DNA of 64,000 nucleotides from NCBI GenBank assembly GCA_963822965.1, contig CAWGJT010000008.1, positions 1 to 64,000 of the forward strand, given 5' to 3'. The notes beneath the pieces were generated by a model, which had not been told where the DNA came from, did no database searches, and saw only the letters and a list, made by a program, of their open reading frames with translations. Source of the stretch: an uncultured delta proteobacterium (lineage in GTDB: Bacteria; Myxococcota_A; UBA9160; UBA4427). Below, in pieces: positions 16,630 through 27,192 of this stretch (position 1 is its first letter; every line of letters begins with the position of its first letter). Both the position numbers and the translations under genes were made by a program.

Positions 16630-17061
16630 ATGCTGGCATCCGTCGTGCTCGGCGCGGCGGATGCGAGCTCTCTGCAGGTTCGCGCGTCGAAGTTCGAGCT
16701 CTTCGTGAGCGATCCCGCCGACTCGATCGCGTTCTATTCGGTGCTCGGCTTCGTCGTGCTGCATGCGAAGGCCGATGGGTATACCACTCTCGAGAACGGC
16801 CCGGCCGTGATCTCGCTCTCGCCCCTGCCCTGGTGGCTACCGGCTCATTGGCTCGGCTTGCTTCGCTCGCCGCCGATCGGGACCGAAATCGTCCTCTACG
16901 CCTCCGATCTCGAGCGGGCTCGCGCGTCACTCGATCAGGCGGGCTACGCGCCAGGTGCGATCGTCGTGCAGCCCTGGGGCGACCGCGACTTCCGGGTCAC
17001 AGACCCGGATGGGTACTACCTCCGGATCTCCGAGGGACCATCAGCGCCTCCCGGCCGATAG
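16630..17061 (+). CDS. VOC/glyoxalase family protein; start uncertain
   Basis: ELFVSD..SIAFYSVLGF, QPWGDRDFRVTDPDGYYLRI. Confidence 0.8.
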   Translation: MLASVVLGAADASSLQVRASKFELFVSDPADSIAFYSVLGFVVLHAKADGYTTLENGPAVISLSPLPWWLPAHWLGLLRSPPIGTEIVLYASDLERARASLDQAGYAPGAIVVQPWGDRDFRVTDPDGYYLRISEGPSAPPGR

Positions 17062-17066
17062 CCACC

Positions 17067-17200
17067 GCTCGACCACGACCGCGGCTGACGTGGTGCAGCG
17101 CGTTCCCATCGAAGCCCGGCAGGCTTCGGGCGCCCTGCGTGGGGATCTCGGCCCGGGTGTGCGGCCCGTGACACGCAGCCGAGCGCCCGATCCGCTGGAA
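17067..17200 (+). repeat. attC site 16 (degenerate, last recognisable)
   Basis: GCTGACGTGGTGCAGCGC (cf. attC6) ... GCAGCCGAGCGCCCGATCC GCTGGAA. Confidence 0.55.
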
Positions 17201-17549
17201 GCCTTCGCTGCAGGCACCGCGGCGCTCCAGGTCGGGTGCCGCTGGGGCTCCTTGGTCCTGTCGATGACGCCGATTTCCGGTGCATGACCGATGGGCTCTG
17301 CCGCGCCCTTGGCGGGGCCTACGGCTTCTGTGACTCCGCGGATCCCCGAAGCCGCATTCGAACGAGACCCCACGGCCGTGCGCCGTCGAATGGCAGCCTT
17401 GAACGCCGCCGGCGCGTTTCGGAAACGCGAGCGATGCGTGGACGCCGACGCTGGTTGTTGCGCTGGGTTCCGCTGGCATCCAGAATACCGGTCTCGCTCG
17501 ACGCTACCGGAAACGGCCAGTCGGGAAACTCACCGCCAAGGGGAAAGTA

Positions 17550-20169
17550 ATGACCAAGATCATGCAGCCTTTGCTTCTGGCCCGCGCCTCTGCGATTGCC
17601 GTCCTCGCGAGGAGCGCAAAGGTACTCGGTAGCGCGAACATCGCGGCCGCCGTCGCGCTGGCCGCGGGGCTGACGGTCGCCGGTACGGCCTCCGCGCAGC
17701 AGGTCAATGGCACGTTGGGCTCGCCCAGCGCGACGACATCCATCAGCGGCAAGCAGCTCCCGCCGCCGGACCCGGAGTTCGGGGGAGTCATCAAGGACGA
17801 CGCCCTGAAGTCGAAGGCCTGGTGGCCGCCTCGCGTCGTGCCGCCGAAGGGCGCCCCCAACGTCCTGCTGATCATCACCGACGACGCCGGCTTCGGGGTG
17901 CCGAGCACCTTCGGCGGCGTGATCCCGACGCCGACCATGGACCGCATTGCGAACGAGGGTCTGCGCTACAACCGCGTCTTCTCCACGGCGCTGTGCTCTC
18001 CCACGCGAGCGGCACTGATCACGGGGCGCAATCACCACTCGGCCGGCTTCGGCGTCATCTCGGAGCAGTCGACGGGCTTCCCCGGCTACAACAGCATCAT
18101 CGCGGAGGACAAGGCGACGATCGGGCGCATCCTGCTCGACAACGGGTACTCCACCGCATGGTTCGGCAAGGACCACAACACGCCGGCCTTCGCGGCCAGC
18201 CAGGTCGGGCCTTTCGACCAGTGGCCGACCGGCATGGGCTTCGAGTACTTCTACGGCTTCGTCGGCGGCGACGCCAACCAGTGGGAGCCGAACCTCTTCC
18301 GCAACACGACGCAGATCTATCCGTTCAAGGGGAAGCCGGAAGGCACCTGGAACCTCGTCACCGCGATGGCCGACGACGCCATCGACTACATGACGCGGAT
18401 CCACCAGACGGACCCGTCCAAGCCCATCTTCATCAAGTACGCGCCCGGCGCCACGCACGCGCCGCACCACCCGACCAAGGAGTGGGTGGACAAGATCCAC
18501 GCGATGCACCTCTTCGACGACGGCTACAACAAGTTGCGCGAGCGCATCTTCGAGAACCAGAAGAAGCTCGGCGTGATCGACAAGGATTCGAAGCTGACGC
18601 CCTGGCCGAATGATCTCCTGAAGCCGTGGGACCAGCTCAGCGCCGAGGCCAAGAAGCTCTTCATCCGCCAGGTAGAGGTCTTCGCCGCCTACGCGGCCTA
18701 CAACGACCACGAGATCGGCCGCGTGATCCAGGCCTTCGAAGACCTGGGCAAGCTCGACAACACGCTGATCATCTACATCAACGGCGACAACGGCACCAGC
18801 GCCGAAGGCGGGCCCCTGGGCACGCCCAACGAAGTGGCGTTCTTCAACGGCCTGAGCGAGATCCCCGTCGAAGAGCAGATGAAGTTCTACGACGTCTGGG
18901 GCACCGAGAAGACCTACAACCACATGTCCGCGGGATGGTCGTGGGCCTTCGACACCCCGTTCGACTGGTTCAAGCAGAACGCGTCCAGGCTCGGCGGGCA
19001 TCAACCAGAACATGGTGGTGTCCTGGCCGGCCCGCATCAAGGACAAGGGGGCCCTGCGCCAGCAGTTCGTCCACGTCATCGACGTCGTGCCCACCATCCT
19101 CGAGGCCGCCGGCATCCGCGCGCCCGAGACCGTCGACGGCATCAAGCAGGCGCCGATCGAGGGCACGAGCTTCGTCTACACGTTCGACGCGAAGAACGCC
19201 AAGGCTCCGTCCCGGCACCACACGCAGTACTTCGAGATGATGGGCCAGTGGGCGCTCTATCACGACGGCTGGCTGCTGAGCACCAAGGTGAACCGGGCGC
19301 CCTGGCAGGCCTTCGGCGTGGCGAACCCCGATCCGTTGAACAACCAGGTGTTCCAGCTCTACGACCTGACCAAGGACTTCAGCCAGGCCAACGACATCGC
19401 CGCGGAGAACCCGAAGAAGGTGGCCGAGATGCGGAAGATGTTCGTCGCGGAAGCGAAGAAGTACCAGGTCTTCCCGCTCGACGCGACGGTGGCGGCCCGA
19501 ATCGTCGCGCCGCGCCCGAACATCACCGCGGGGCGCACGGAGTTCGTCTACACGCGGCCCATGGTCGGTCTGCCCCAGGGCGACTCACCGTTCCTGCTGA
19601 ACGCCTCGTACACGATCACCGCCGACATCGAGGTGCCCAAGGGCGGCGCCGAGGGGATGATCCTGACGTCGGGAGGGCGCTTCGGCGGGTACGGCTTCTA
19701 CCTGCTCGCGGGCAAGCCGGTCTTCCTGTGGAACCTGGTCGACCTGAAGCGCATCAAGTGGGAAGCTCCGGACGCCCTCAAGCCGGGCAAGCACACGGTG
19801 GCGTTCGACTTCAAGTACGACGGCCTCGGCGTGGGCACCCTCGCCTTCAACAACCTGAGCGGTCTCGGCCGTTCCGGCACCGGCACCCTCAAAGTGGATG
19901 GCAAGTCGGTGCAGACCATCGAGGTGAAGCGCACGATGCCCATGATCCTGCAGTGGGACGAGAGCTTCGACATCGGCTCCGACACGCTCACCGGTGTGAA
20001 CGACGCGGACTACAAGCCGCCGTTCCCGCTGACGGCCAAGCTCGAGAAGCTGACCGTCAAGGTGGACCGCCCGAAGCTGTCGGCCGAGGACATCAAGAGC
20101 CTCGAGAAGGCGGAGGCCGAGGCGCTGGACGGGAAGCCGCTGCGCAACGTGCAGCCCGGGCCGCAATAG
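17550..20169 (+). pseudogene. Arylsulfatase with a +1 frameshift near 18995 (real or sequencing error)
   Basis: LCSPTRAALITG formylglycine motif, GDNG; the natural C-terminus continues in ORF 19012..20169. Confidence 0.9.
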
Positions 20170-20296
20170 CGGTTCGAGGTCGCGCGAGAACGGGCTGACG
20201 GCGGTGCGCCGGCCGTCAGCCCGTCCCGGCGACCCCTGCAGTCGGCCCGGCGCCAGGCTCCCGTGCGGTCTCGGGACACTCGGGAGGGTCGGTCGG

Positions 20297-21133
20297 GTGG
20301 ACGTCCTCGTGACCGGCCTGCAGCTCGGAGAATCGCCCCGCTGGCACGACGACCGTCTCTGGTTCTCCGACTGGGCGGCGGGCGAGGTCGTCGCCGTCGA
20401 TCTCGCGGGCGGATGCGAGGTGATCGCCCGCATGCCGTCGTTTCCGTTCTCGCTCGACTGGCTGGCCGACGGGCGGCTGCTCGTCGTCTCGGGCCGTGAG
20501 GGGCTGCTCCTGCGCCGGGAGAAAGACGGGTCGCTCGTCACGCACAGCGACCTGAGAGGTCTCTCCCGCCATCCCTGGAACGAGATCGTCGTGGACGGTC
20601 GGGGCAACGCCTACCTCAACAACACCGGCTTCGAGTTCCCGGGTGGCGAGTTCGCGCCGGGGACGATCGCGCTCGTCACCCCGGATGGCGCGGCGCGCCA
20701 GGTCGCGGACGGCGTGGCGTTCCCCAATGGCATGGCGGTGACGCCGGACAACGGCACCCTGATCCTTGCGGAGTCCTACGGCAACCGGCTCACCGCCTTC
20801 GACATCGCGGGCGACGGCAGCCTGTCCAATCGTCGGGTGTGGGCAGATCTCGAGGGCGGCTTTCCCGACGGCATCTGTCTCGACGCGGAAGGCGCCGCCT
20901 GGTACGCCGACGTCCCCAACAAGCGCTGCGTGCGCGTGCGAGAAGGCGGCGAAGTGCTGCAGACCGTCGCGGTGGATCGGGGCTGCTTCGCCTGCATGCT
21001 CGGAGGCGCCGACCAGACTACGCTCTTCGTGATGGCGAACGACTGGCAGGGTCCGGAGAACATGAGCGATGGGGCCCGAACCGGCCAGGTGCTGGCAGTT
21101 GCCGCACCCGCACGGCGAGCCGGCTGGCCGTAG
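20297..21133 (+). CDS. SMP-30/gluconolactonase family protein
   Basis: GESPRWHD.RLWFSD, FPNGM, PDGICLDAEG. Confidence 0.9.
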   Translation: MDVLVTGLQLGESPRWHDDRLWFSDWAAGEVVAVDLAGGCEVIARMPSFPFSLDWLADGRLLVVSGREGLLLRREKDGSLVTHSDLRGLSRHPWNEIVVDGRGNAYLNNTGFEFPGGEFAPGTIALVTPDGAARQVADGVAFPNGMAVTPDNGTLILAESYGNRLTAFDIAGDGSLSNRRVWADLEGGFPDGICLDAEGAAWYADVPNKRCVRVREGGEVLQTVAVDRGCFACMLGGADQTTLFVMANDWQGPENMSDGARTGQVLAVAAPARRAGWP

Positions 21134-21216
21134 CAGCCGTAGGAAGAGCCGACCTCGGCGCCGCGGCCCCCCCGCTGGCGCCGCCTCGATCGGAGACAGT
21201 GGGCGAGGAAGCTCCA

Positions 21217-21675
21217 ATGAAGACGGTGCTGATCGGGCTCGCGATCCTCGGGGTGTTCGTGGTCGTCGTCGTGGTCGCACACCTGGCCCTCATCGAGATC
21301 GGGCGCGAGGTGGTCACGCTGAGAACCCAGCGGCCGGACGGCGCCTGGCAGGAGACGAGGCTCTGGGTCGTCGACGACGGCGCGGCGACCTGGCTGCACA
21401 GCGGCGGCGCGGCGTGGCGGGAGCGGTTCGAGGGAGATCCGGTGGTCGAGCTGAAGCGGGGCGGTGAGGTCCACCGGTACCGGGCCCACGCGGCTCCCGG
21501 TCCGCATCCCCGGGTCGATCGGCTGCTTCGCGAGAAGTACGGCGTCGCCGACCGCTGGGTCCGCTTCATCGCGCCCGACGGAGCGGACACGCTGGCGGTC
21601 CGGCTGGAAGCCGTTTCGGGAGACGCTCCTCCGGCCGCGGGTCGCCCGCCCCAGGGCGACCCCGTGGACCGCTGA
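21217..21675 (+). CDS. Membrane-anchored split-barrel (nitroreductase/deazaflavin-oxidoreductase-like) protein
   Basis: N-terminal TM; TRLWVV, REKYG. Confidence 0.6.
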   Translation: MKTVLIGLAILGVFVVVVVVAHLALIEIGREVVTLRTQRPDGAWQETRLWVVDDGAATWLHSGGAAWRERFEGDPVVELKRGGEVHRYRAHAAPGPHPRVDRLLREKYGVADRWVRFIAPDGADTLAVRLEAVSGDAPPAAGRPPQGDPVDR

Positions 21676-21713
21676 CGGTCTCACCCTCGAGGCCGCGGAG
21701 GCTTCGTGGGAGC

Positions 21714-22715
21714 TCAGCCCGCGAAGTATCGCTGGGAGGCGACGATCAGCGCCGCGAGCACCGCGAAGAGCAGCACGAAGATCGTGATCCCCAGCCGGGC
21801 CGAGCGGCGGGCGCGGTCTTCCTGCCACCAGTTGCGCGGTCGCATGCCGCGCCACAGGAACGTGAGCATGGCCGCCAGGGTGAGCGCCGTGACGTTGCTG
21901 GCGGCGAGCAGCAGCGCGGAGACGGCGCCCGTCAGCTGTCCCTGGGCCAACAGGATGCCGCCCGCCACCGCGGGAGGCAGAAGGGCGACCGCAACCATCA
22001 CGCCCGTGAGGTAGGTGGGGACGCCGGTGGTGTAGGCGAGAGCGCCGGCGCAGCCGGCCGCCAGTGCCAGCAGCAGGTCCCAGACCTCCACGTCGGTGCG
22101 TGAGGCGAGCTCGGGCGTGGAGACGTCCGCGTCCAGCGCCAGGCCCAGCAGGGTCGCGGAGGCGAAGCCGATCGCGAGTCCAGCCGCATTCGTCTTCAAT
22201 GCGCGCCGGATCAGGGGTTGGTCACCCAGCACCATCCCGAGGGCGAGCGCCATGTTGGGACCGAGCAGGGGGGCGACCACCATGGCGCCGATCACTGCCG
22301 CCGTGTTGTCCCGTGCCAGACCGATTCCAGCCACCACGGTCGCCAGCACGATGAGCGCGACGTACGCCCGGTCGAGCTTCGCCGTATCCGCGATGCTCGC
22401 GTAGATCTCCTCCCGACTCACCGCGGCGGCGGAGAGGGCTCCGGCCCGGGCCTCGCTCAGCGCGCTCGCGAGCGGCCGAGGCATCATGCCGTCCAGGGGC
22501 TGAACCAGCACGAGAATACCTCCGCGGTCCGCCAGCCTCTCGTGGAGACGGTCCATCGCTCCACCCGTGCGCTCCGCACCGAGGACCGCGCAGACGACCG
22601 TGCCGAAGCGACCGCCCTCCTGCGTCCAGATCTCGTGGCAGAAGTCGCGCAGGATCTCCTCCGCTTCGTCGCAGAGGTCGGGCGGGACGTGTGCTTCGAT
22701 GATCCGGAGGGCCAA
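21714..22715 (-). CDS. TIGR00341/DUF389 membrane protein
   Basis: VIGAMVVAPLLGP, GVMVAVALLPP. Confidence 0.88.
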   Translation of the reverse strand: MALRIIEAHVPPDLCDEAEEILRDFCHEIWTQEGGRFGTVVCAVLGAERTGGAMDRLHERLADRGGILVLVQPLDGMMPRPLASALSEARAGALSAAAVSREEIYASIADTAKLDRAYVALIVLATVVAGIGLARDNTAAVIGAMVVAPLLGPNMALALGMVLGDQPLIRRALKTNAAGLAIGFASATLLGLALDADVSTPELASRTDVEVWDLLLALAAGCAGALAYTTGVPTYLTGVMVAVALLPPAVAGGILLAQGQLTGAVSALLLAASNVTALTLAAMLTFLWRGMRPRNWWQEDRARRSARLGITIFVLLFAVLAALIVASQRYFAG

Positions 22716-22775
22716 GCGATGGGATTCCTTTTCGCGCCCGCTCGCCGCTCGCCCGCTCGCCCGCGGGCCAGCGGG

Positions 22776-23276
22776 TCAGTCGGCGGGGACGACGCGGAAG
22801 ACCGGAAGGGTCGGAACGATCGCCTCGAGCTCCGCGAGCGGAGCGTCCTTGTCCACTGGCACGTGAGCGCGCGCGCCCGGGGCGCGCGCGAGGTACGTCT
22901 TCAACACCACGGCGCGCTGCTCGACGGGAATCTGCTCGAGCCGCACCCGCTCGCGGCGACCGTGTCGCAGGACCGCCCGGCCATCCGCAGCACGCAGATT
23001 CCGGACCCAGGCCACGTCGGTGCCGAGCATCGAGACGAGATAGCGCTGTCCGTCGACGACGGCCATCACCAGCGGAAAGGAGCGCGTGCGACCCGAGCGA
23101 CGTCCGGTGACCTCGAGGGTGACCAGGTAGTTCGGCGCGAGACCGAAGGCGTGCACGATTGCCCAGCAGCGATTGACGGCGCGCGCCAACGCGTTGGGGC
23201 GGCGTCCCCGGTAGAGCCAGCGTTCGAAGCCGCGGCCGGGCAAGGGCTCTCTCCTCTCATTGCGAATGGCGATCAT
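22776..23276 (-). CDS. Deazaflavin-dependent nitroreductase family protein; start uncertain
   Basis: LEVTGRRSG, WVRNLRA, PVFRV. Confidence 0.8.
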   Translation of the reverse strand: MIAIRNERREPLPGRGFERWLYRGRRPNALARAVNRCWAIVHAFGLAPNYLVTLEVTGRRSGRTRSFPLVMAVVDGQRYLVSMLGTDVAWVRNLRAADGRAVLRHGRRERVRLEQIPVEQRAVVLKTYLARAPGARAHVPVDKDAPLAELEAIVPTLPVFRVVPAD

Positions 23277-23439
23277 ATCCCGGCAGATCGCCCCCGCCGA
23301 GTCACGGAGTTCGGGCGGATCATCGATCTTGATCCTCCCCTGCGCAGGGTGGATGGGGTCGCGCTTCTCGTAGGGAGCACCGCTAGGCTACCGCGGCCGG
23401 TCGGCGGGTCTCCGCGGCGCCGGCAGGGGAGCCGGATCG

Positions 23440-23868
23440 ATGCAGGTCCTGCTGGCCGCTGTGCTCGTCGCGATCTTCACCGGCCTCGCGTTGCTGCACT
23501 TGTACTGGGGTGTCGGCGGTCGGCTCGCGTCGGACGGCTCGGTCCCGACGGAGGACGGTCGCCCGCTCTTCGAAGCCGGGCCTCTGTCCTGCGCTGCGGT
23601 CGCGGCCGCGCTCGTCGCGGCCGCGCTCTGCTGTGCGATGCGGACCGGAATGCTCGAGACGGGAATGCCGGACTGGGTCGCCCGGGTCGGGACCTGGGTC
23701 ATCGCGACGGTCTTCGCGGCCCGCGCGATCGGCGATCTCCGATACGTCGGCTTCTTCAAGCGCGTTCGGGGCACGCTGTTCGCTCGGAGGGACTCGCTGG
23801 TGTACAGCCCGCTCGCCCTGCTGATCGCGCTCTTCGCCGCCGGTCTCGCGCTGTCGTCACCCCCCTAG
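23440..23868 (+). CDS. DUF3995 membrane protein
   Basis: LHLYWG, RAIGDLRYVGFFK, YSPL. Confidence 0.8.
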   Translation: MQVLLAAVLVAIFTGLALLHLYWGVGGRLASDGSVPTEDGRPLFEAGPLSCAAVAAALVAAALCCAMRTGMLETGMPDWVARVGTWVIATVFAARAIGDLRYVGFFKRVRGTLFARRDSLVYSPLALLIALFAAGLALSSPP

Positions 23869-24030
23869 GCCCGGCTGCTTCGCGCTGCCCCGGCGCTCGC
23901 GGCCGTCCGGGTTCGGTAGCATCCCCGCCCGGTGCGAGAGGGCGGTGGATGCGGCGGAGGAGAGCACGATGAGAACGGTGGCCGAACGCTACCCGCGACC
24001 CTTCGAGATCGAGCTCGAGGGCTGGAGCGG

Positions 24031-24636
24031 ATGACGCCGGCGCCCGTGGAGTTCTGGTTCGAGTTCGGAAGCACCTATTCCTATCCTGCGGCGATGCGCA
24101 TCGGGGCGCTCGCCGCCGAGCGAGGCGTCACCCTGTCCTGGCGCGCCTTCCTGCTCGGGCCGATCTTTCGCGAGCAGGGTTGGGACGATTCACCGTTCAA
24201 TCTCCAGGCCGCCAAGGGACGCTACATGTGGCGTGACCTCGAGCGGATCTGCTCCGCGCAGGAAATCGCCTGGCGACGTCCGTCGGCGTTCCCGCGCAAC
24301 GGGCTGTTGGCCGCGCGCGTCGCGTGCCGGTTCGCGCAGGCGCCCTGGCTCCCCGACTTCGTTCGGGCGGTGTATCGCGCCAACTTCGAGCAGGATCTCG
24401 ACATCTCGACCCACGACACCGTTGCGCGCTGCCTGGCCGGCTCGGGCGAGGAGCCGGGAGCGCTGATCGCCGAGGCGGAGTCCCCGGCCTCGAAGGCTCG
24501 GCTCCGGGCGCAGACCGAGGAGGCGGTGGCGCTCGGCATCTTCGGAGCGCCCTCTCTCCTGGTGGACGGAGAGCTCTTCTGGGGCAACGACCGGCTGGAA
24601 GACGCCCTCGCCTGGGCGGTCGCTCACGGCGCCTGA
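24031..24636 (+). CDS. 2-hydroxychromene-2-carboxylate isomerase (DsbA/GSTK family)
   Basis: FWFEFGSTYSY, GIFGAPS, LFWGNDRL. Confidence 0.9.
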   Translation: MTPAPVEFWFEFGSTYSYPAAMRIGALAAERGVTLSWRAFLLGPIFREQGWDDSPFNLQAAKGRYMWRDLERICSAQEIAWRRPSAFPRNGLLAARVACRFAQAPWLPDFVRAVYRANFEQDLDISTHDTVARCLAGSGEEPGALIAEAESPASKARLRAQTEEAVALGIFGAPSLLVDGELFWGNDRLEDALAWAVAHGA

Positions 24637-24702
24637 ACCCCGTCGCCTGCGGAACGGCCGGAACCACGGCGGCCCGCGTCGATCCCATGGGAGGAGCCAT
24701 CG

Positions 24703-25197
24703 ATGCAGGTACTGGGAATCGAACACGTCGACCTGTCGGTCTCCGACCTCGCTGCGTCCACCACCTTCTACGACGGGGTGCTCTCCGCGCTCGGCTTTCG
24801 TCGCGTCGACCATCCGTCCTACCGGGCGTGGTCGAACGGTCACCTGGCAATCGGTCTGCGCGAAGCGACGAGTGTTCCGCAGGCGACCCCGGTCGATCGC
24901 TACCAGCCGGGCCTTCATCACCTGGCGCTGCGCGCGGCTTCCCGCGCCGAGGTCGACGAGCTGCACACGTTTCTCGTCGCGCGCGGTGTGAACGTGCTCG
25001 ATGCGCCGGCCGTGTATCCCGAGTATGGCCCCGACTACTACGCGGTCTTCTTCGCCGATCCGGACGGGATGAAGCTCGAGTACACACACTTTCCGTGGGG
25101 CTACTGGCGGCGGGCGCAGAGCGACGGTCACGACGAACGACCGCGACTCGCGCCAGCTCCCGGCGTGGCGCCTACATCCAGGAAAGGGCGCGGGTGA
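24703..25197 (+). CDS. VOC family protein
   Basis: EHVDLSVSDL, GLHHLA, YYAVFFADPDGMKLE. Confidence 0.88.
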   Translation: MQVLGIEHVDLSVSDLAASTTFYDGVLSALGFRRVDHPSYRAWSNGHLAIGLREATSVPQATPVDRYQPGLHHLALRAASRAEVDELHTFLVARGVNVLDAPAVYPEYGPDYYAVFFADPDGMKLEYTHFPWGYWRRAQSDGHDERPRLAPAPGVAPTSRKGRG

Positions 25198-25855
25198 GGA
25201 TGGCGGTCGCGCCCTCCTGCGCGCAGGTGCCATGGGCGATGAGAAGCCGTTCCGGCTGCCAGGCCAGCACGCGCGCGCGGGTGGCCCGGGCGGGTCGCCG
25301 CCGCAGGAAGCTGGCTCGCCACTCGCGCGGCGTGCTGCCGTGCTCTCCGACCATTCCGTCGAGGCGCATCACCAGTCGCCTCCAGCCCTCGAGCGACGCC
25401 GGATCGAAACGCTGCACCAGGTCGCCCACGATGGCCGTCCGCGACGGGCGATGGAAGAACACGACCTCTTCCATCGCGAGGGAGCCGCGAAAGATCGCCT
25501 GGTCGATGTCCCCCGCCCAGGCCGGATCGGCCTCGTCGCCGAGATTGGCGGCGAAGCGCAGGTCGGGCCGCCGCCGGGCGAGGCCGGGCGGCGCATACAG
25601 GCGCGCCTCGGGCCAACGCTCGGCCCACTCCTGGAGGAAGAGGTGGTGGATCTTGTTTGGCGAGACGATGTGGCGGACGGGTCCGACGGAAGCGAGCCCA
25701 CGTTCGAGCTCTGGGGTGAGCGCGATGGGGGACCAGACCCAGGCACTGCCGTCGCCGAGCCGGGCGACCGCCATGCGGGTCGGATACGGGAATCCCAGGA
25801 AGGGGACGGTGGGACCGTCCGCCGCGTACAGGGACGGACCGAACTCCTCGAGCAT
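25172..25855 (-). CDS. DUF4336 protein
   Basis: TRMAVARL, VSPNKIHH, EVVFFH, IAHG. Confidence 0.82.
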   Translation of the reverse strand: MLEEFGPSLYAADGPTVPFLGFPYPTRMAVARLGDGSAWVWSPIALTPELERGLASVGPVRHIVSPNKIHHLFLQEWAERWPEARLYAPPGLARRRPDLRFAANLGDEADPAWAGDIDQAIFRGSLAMEEVVFFHRPSRTAIVGDLVQRFDPASLEGWRRLVMRLDGMVGEHGSTPREWRASFLRRRPARATRARVLAWQPERLLIAHGTCAQEGATAILTRALSWM

Positions 25856-25938
25856 GGCGCCAGCCTACAGGCGAGGCCACGCGGATTCCAGCCCACGGTG
25901 CCTCCGCGGCGCGTTCGGCGCGTGGTACAGTCGAGCGG

Positions 25939-26481
25939 TTGCCCAGCGCATTCGCTCATGCCTTCGTGGGATCGTCGCTCGCGGCAGGTCTGCCCTCGGG
26001 TGGCTCGAAGGTCCGTGCCGCGCTGGTGCTGGCCGCGATCGCGGCCGCGCCGGACCTCGACGTCCTGGCCTTCGGCCTCGGCATCCCCTATGAGAGCCCC
26101 CTGGGCCACCGCGGTCTCACCCACTCGCTCTTCTTCGCTCTCGTCGTGGCCGCGTTCAGCGCGCCCCTGTGGCGGCGATCCGCCGCCTATCGTTCGCGCT
26201 GGGCGGTGCTGGCCGTGCTCACCTTCGTGGCCTGCGCATCCCACGGTCTGCTGGACACGCTGACCGACGCGGGGCTCGGGATCGGCCTCTTCATCCCGTT
26301 CGACGACACCCGCTACTTCGCGCCCTGGCGACCGATCCTGACCTCGCCGCTGTCGGCGCGAGCCTTCTTTTCCGGCGCAGGCGCCTCGATCCTCGCGAAC
26401 GAGGCGGTCTGGGTCGGGCTGCCGGCCCTGCTCTTCGTCTCGCTGGCTTCCGCCGTGCGCCTCGCGGCCGACCGGCGCTGA
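25939..26481 (+). CDS. Metal-dependent membrane hydrolase (YdjM-like)
   Basis: PDLD, HRGLTHS, SHGLLD. Confidence 0.88.
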   Translation: MPSAFAHAFVGSSLAAGLPSGGSKVRAALVLAAIAAAPDLDVLAFGLGIPYESPLGHRGLTHSLFFALVVAAFSAPLWRRSAAYRSRWAVLAVLTFVACASHGLLDTLTDAGLGIGLFIPFDDTRYFAPWRPILTSPLSARAFFSGAGASILANEAVWVGLPALLFVSLASAVRLAADRR

Positions 26482-26505
26482 GGGCCCAACGCTCGAGGAC
26501 GATCC

Positions 26506-27054
26506 GTGGAGCACCTGCTCGAAGTCTACGGCTATCCCCTCCTCTTTCTGGGAACGTTCCTGGAAGGCGAGACGCCACTGCTCGCGGCGAGCTTTCTTGC
26601 GCGCCAGGGCTACTTCTCGCTTCCGATCGTGATGCTGGTTGCCTTCTCGGCGACCTTCAGCTCGGACCAGCTCTTCTTCTACCTCGGCCGGTCGCGGGGG
26701 CGCGCGTTCCTGGAGAAGCGTCCGACGTGGCAGCCCAAGATCGAGCACGCCCAGGCGCTCCTCGACCGATGGGGTTCACCCCTGGTCGTCGGATTCCGCT
26801 TCATCTACGGCCTGCGAATCGTGACCCCCTTCGTGGTGGGAATGGCCGGCTTCGGACCCATCCGCTTCCTCTTCCTCAACGTGTTCGGTGGCCTCCTCTG
26901 GTCGCTCGTCTTCTCCATCCTGGGCTACTCGCTGGGCAGCGTGCTGGAGATGTTCCTGGTGGACGCAAGGCGCTACGCGTTGCTGGTGGCGCTCGCCCTG
27001 GTCCTCGTGCCCGGGGTGGTCTGGCTGGTGAACCGCCGAAGGCAGGCGGGTTGA
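26506..27054 (+). CDS. DedA family membrane protein
   Basis: LEGET, GFRFIYGLR. Confidence 0.88.
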   Translation: MEHLLEVYGYPLLFLGTFLEGETPLLAASFLARQGYFSLPIVMLVAFSATFSSDQLFFYLGRSRGRAFLEKRPTWQPKIEHAQALLDRWGSPLVVGFRFIYGLRIVTPFVVGMAGFGPIRFLFLNVFGGLLWSLVFSILGYSLGSVLEMFLVDARRYALLVALALVLVPGVVWLVNRRRQAG

Positions 27055-27192
27055 CGGCTCGCACGAGGCGCTGGGCTACCCTCGGCTCCCGTGGACGTCC
27101 GCCGTGTGTCGATCCGCGGAGCCCAGCGCGCACCCTCCCGGAAGGAGGTGCCAGGTGACACGCCTCTACGTCACGAGCCGAGGGATGTACCG

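Larger units (their letters stand above)
1..17200 (+). mobile_element. Integron gene-cassette array (no intI in window; CALIN or distal part of a chromosomal integron)
   Basis: Recurrent ~130-bp imperfect palindromes RYYYAAC-AAG..TGCAGC..GCTGAACGCCGATCC-GTTRRRY separate short ORFs. Cassette starts are complementary to cassette ends, e.g. GTTATGCCGCAC 442-453 / GTGCGGCATAAC 2655-2666 and GTTATACGGCGA 8983 / TCGCCGTATAAC 9406-9417. Confidence 0.93.

Noticed and set aside
318..17200. CRISPR array suggested by the recurring GCCGCTGAACGCCGATCCGTT
   Set aside because: The spacing is gene-sized, the repeats are arms of ~130-bp palindromes with R''/R' boxes, and no cas genes are present. These are attC sites.
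19000..20198. C-terminal part of the listed 882-aa ORF as a novel sulfatase fusion
   Set aside because: It is out-of-frame read-through after the frameshift; the true C-terminus is in 19012..20169.
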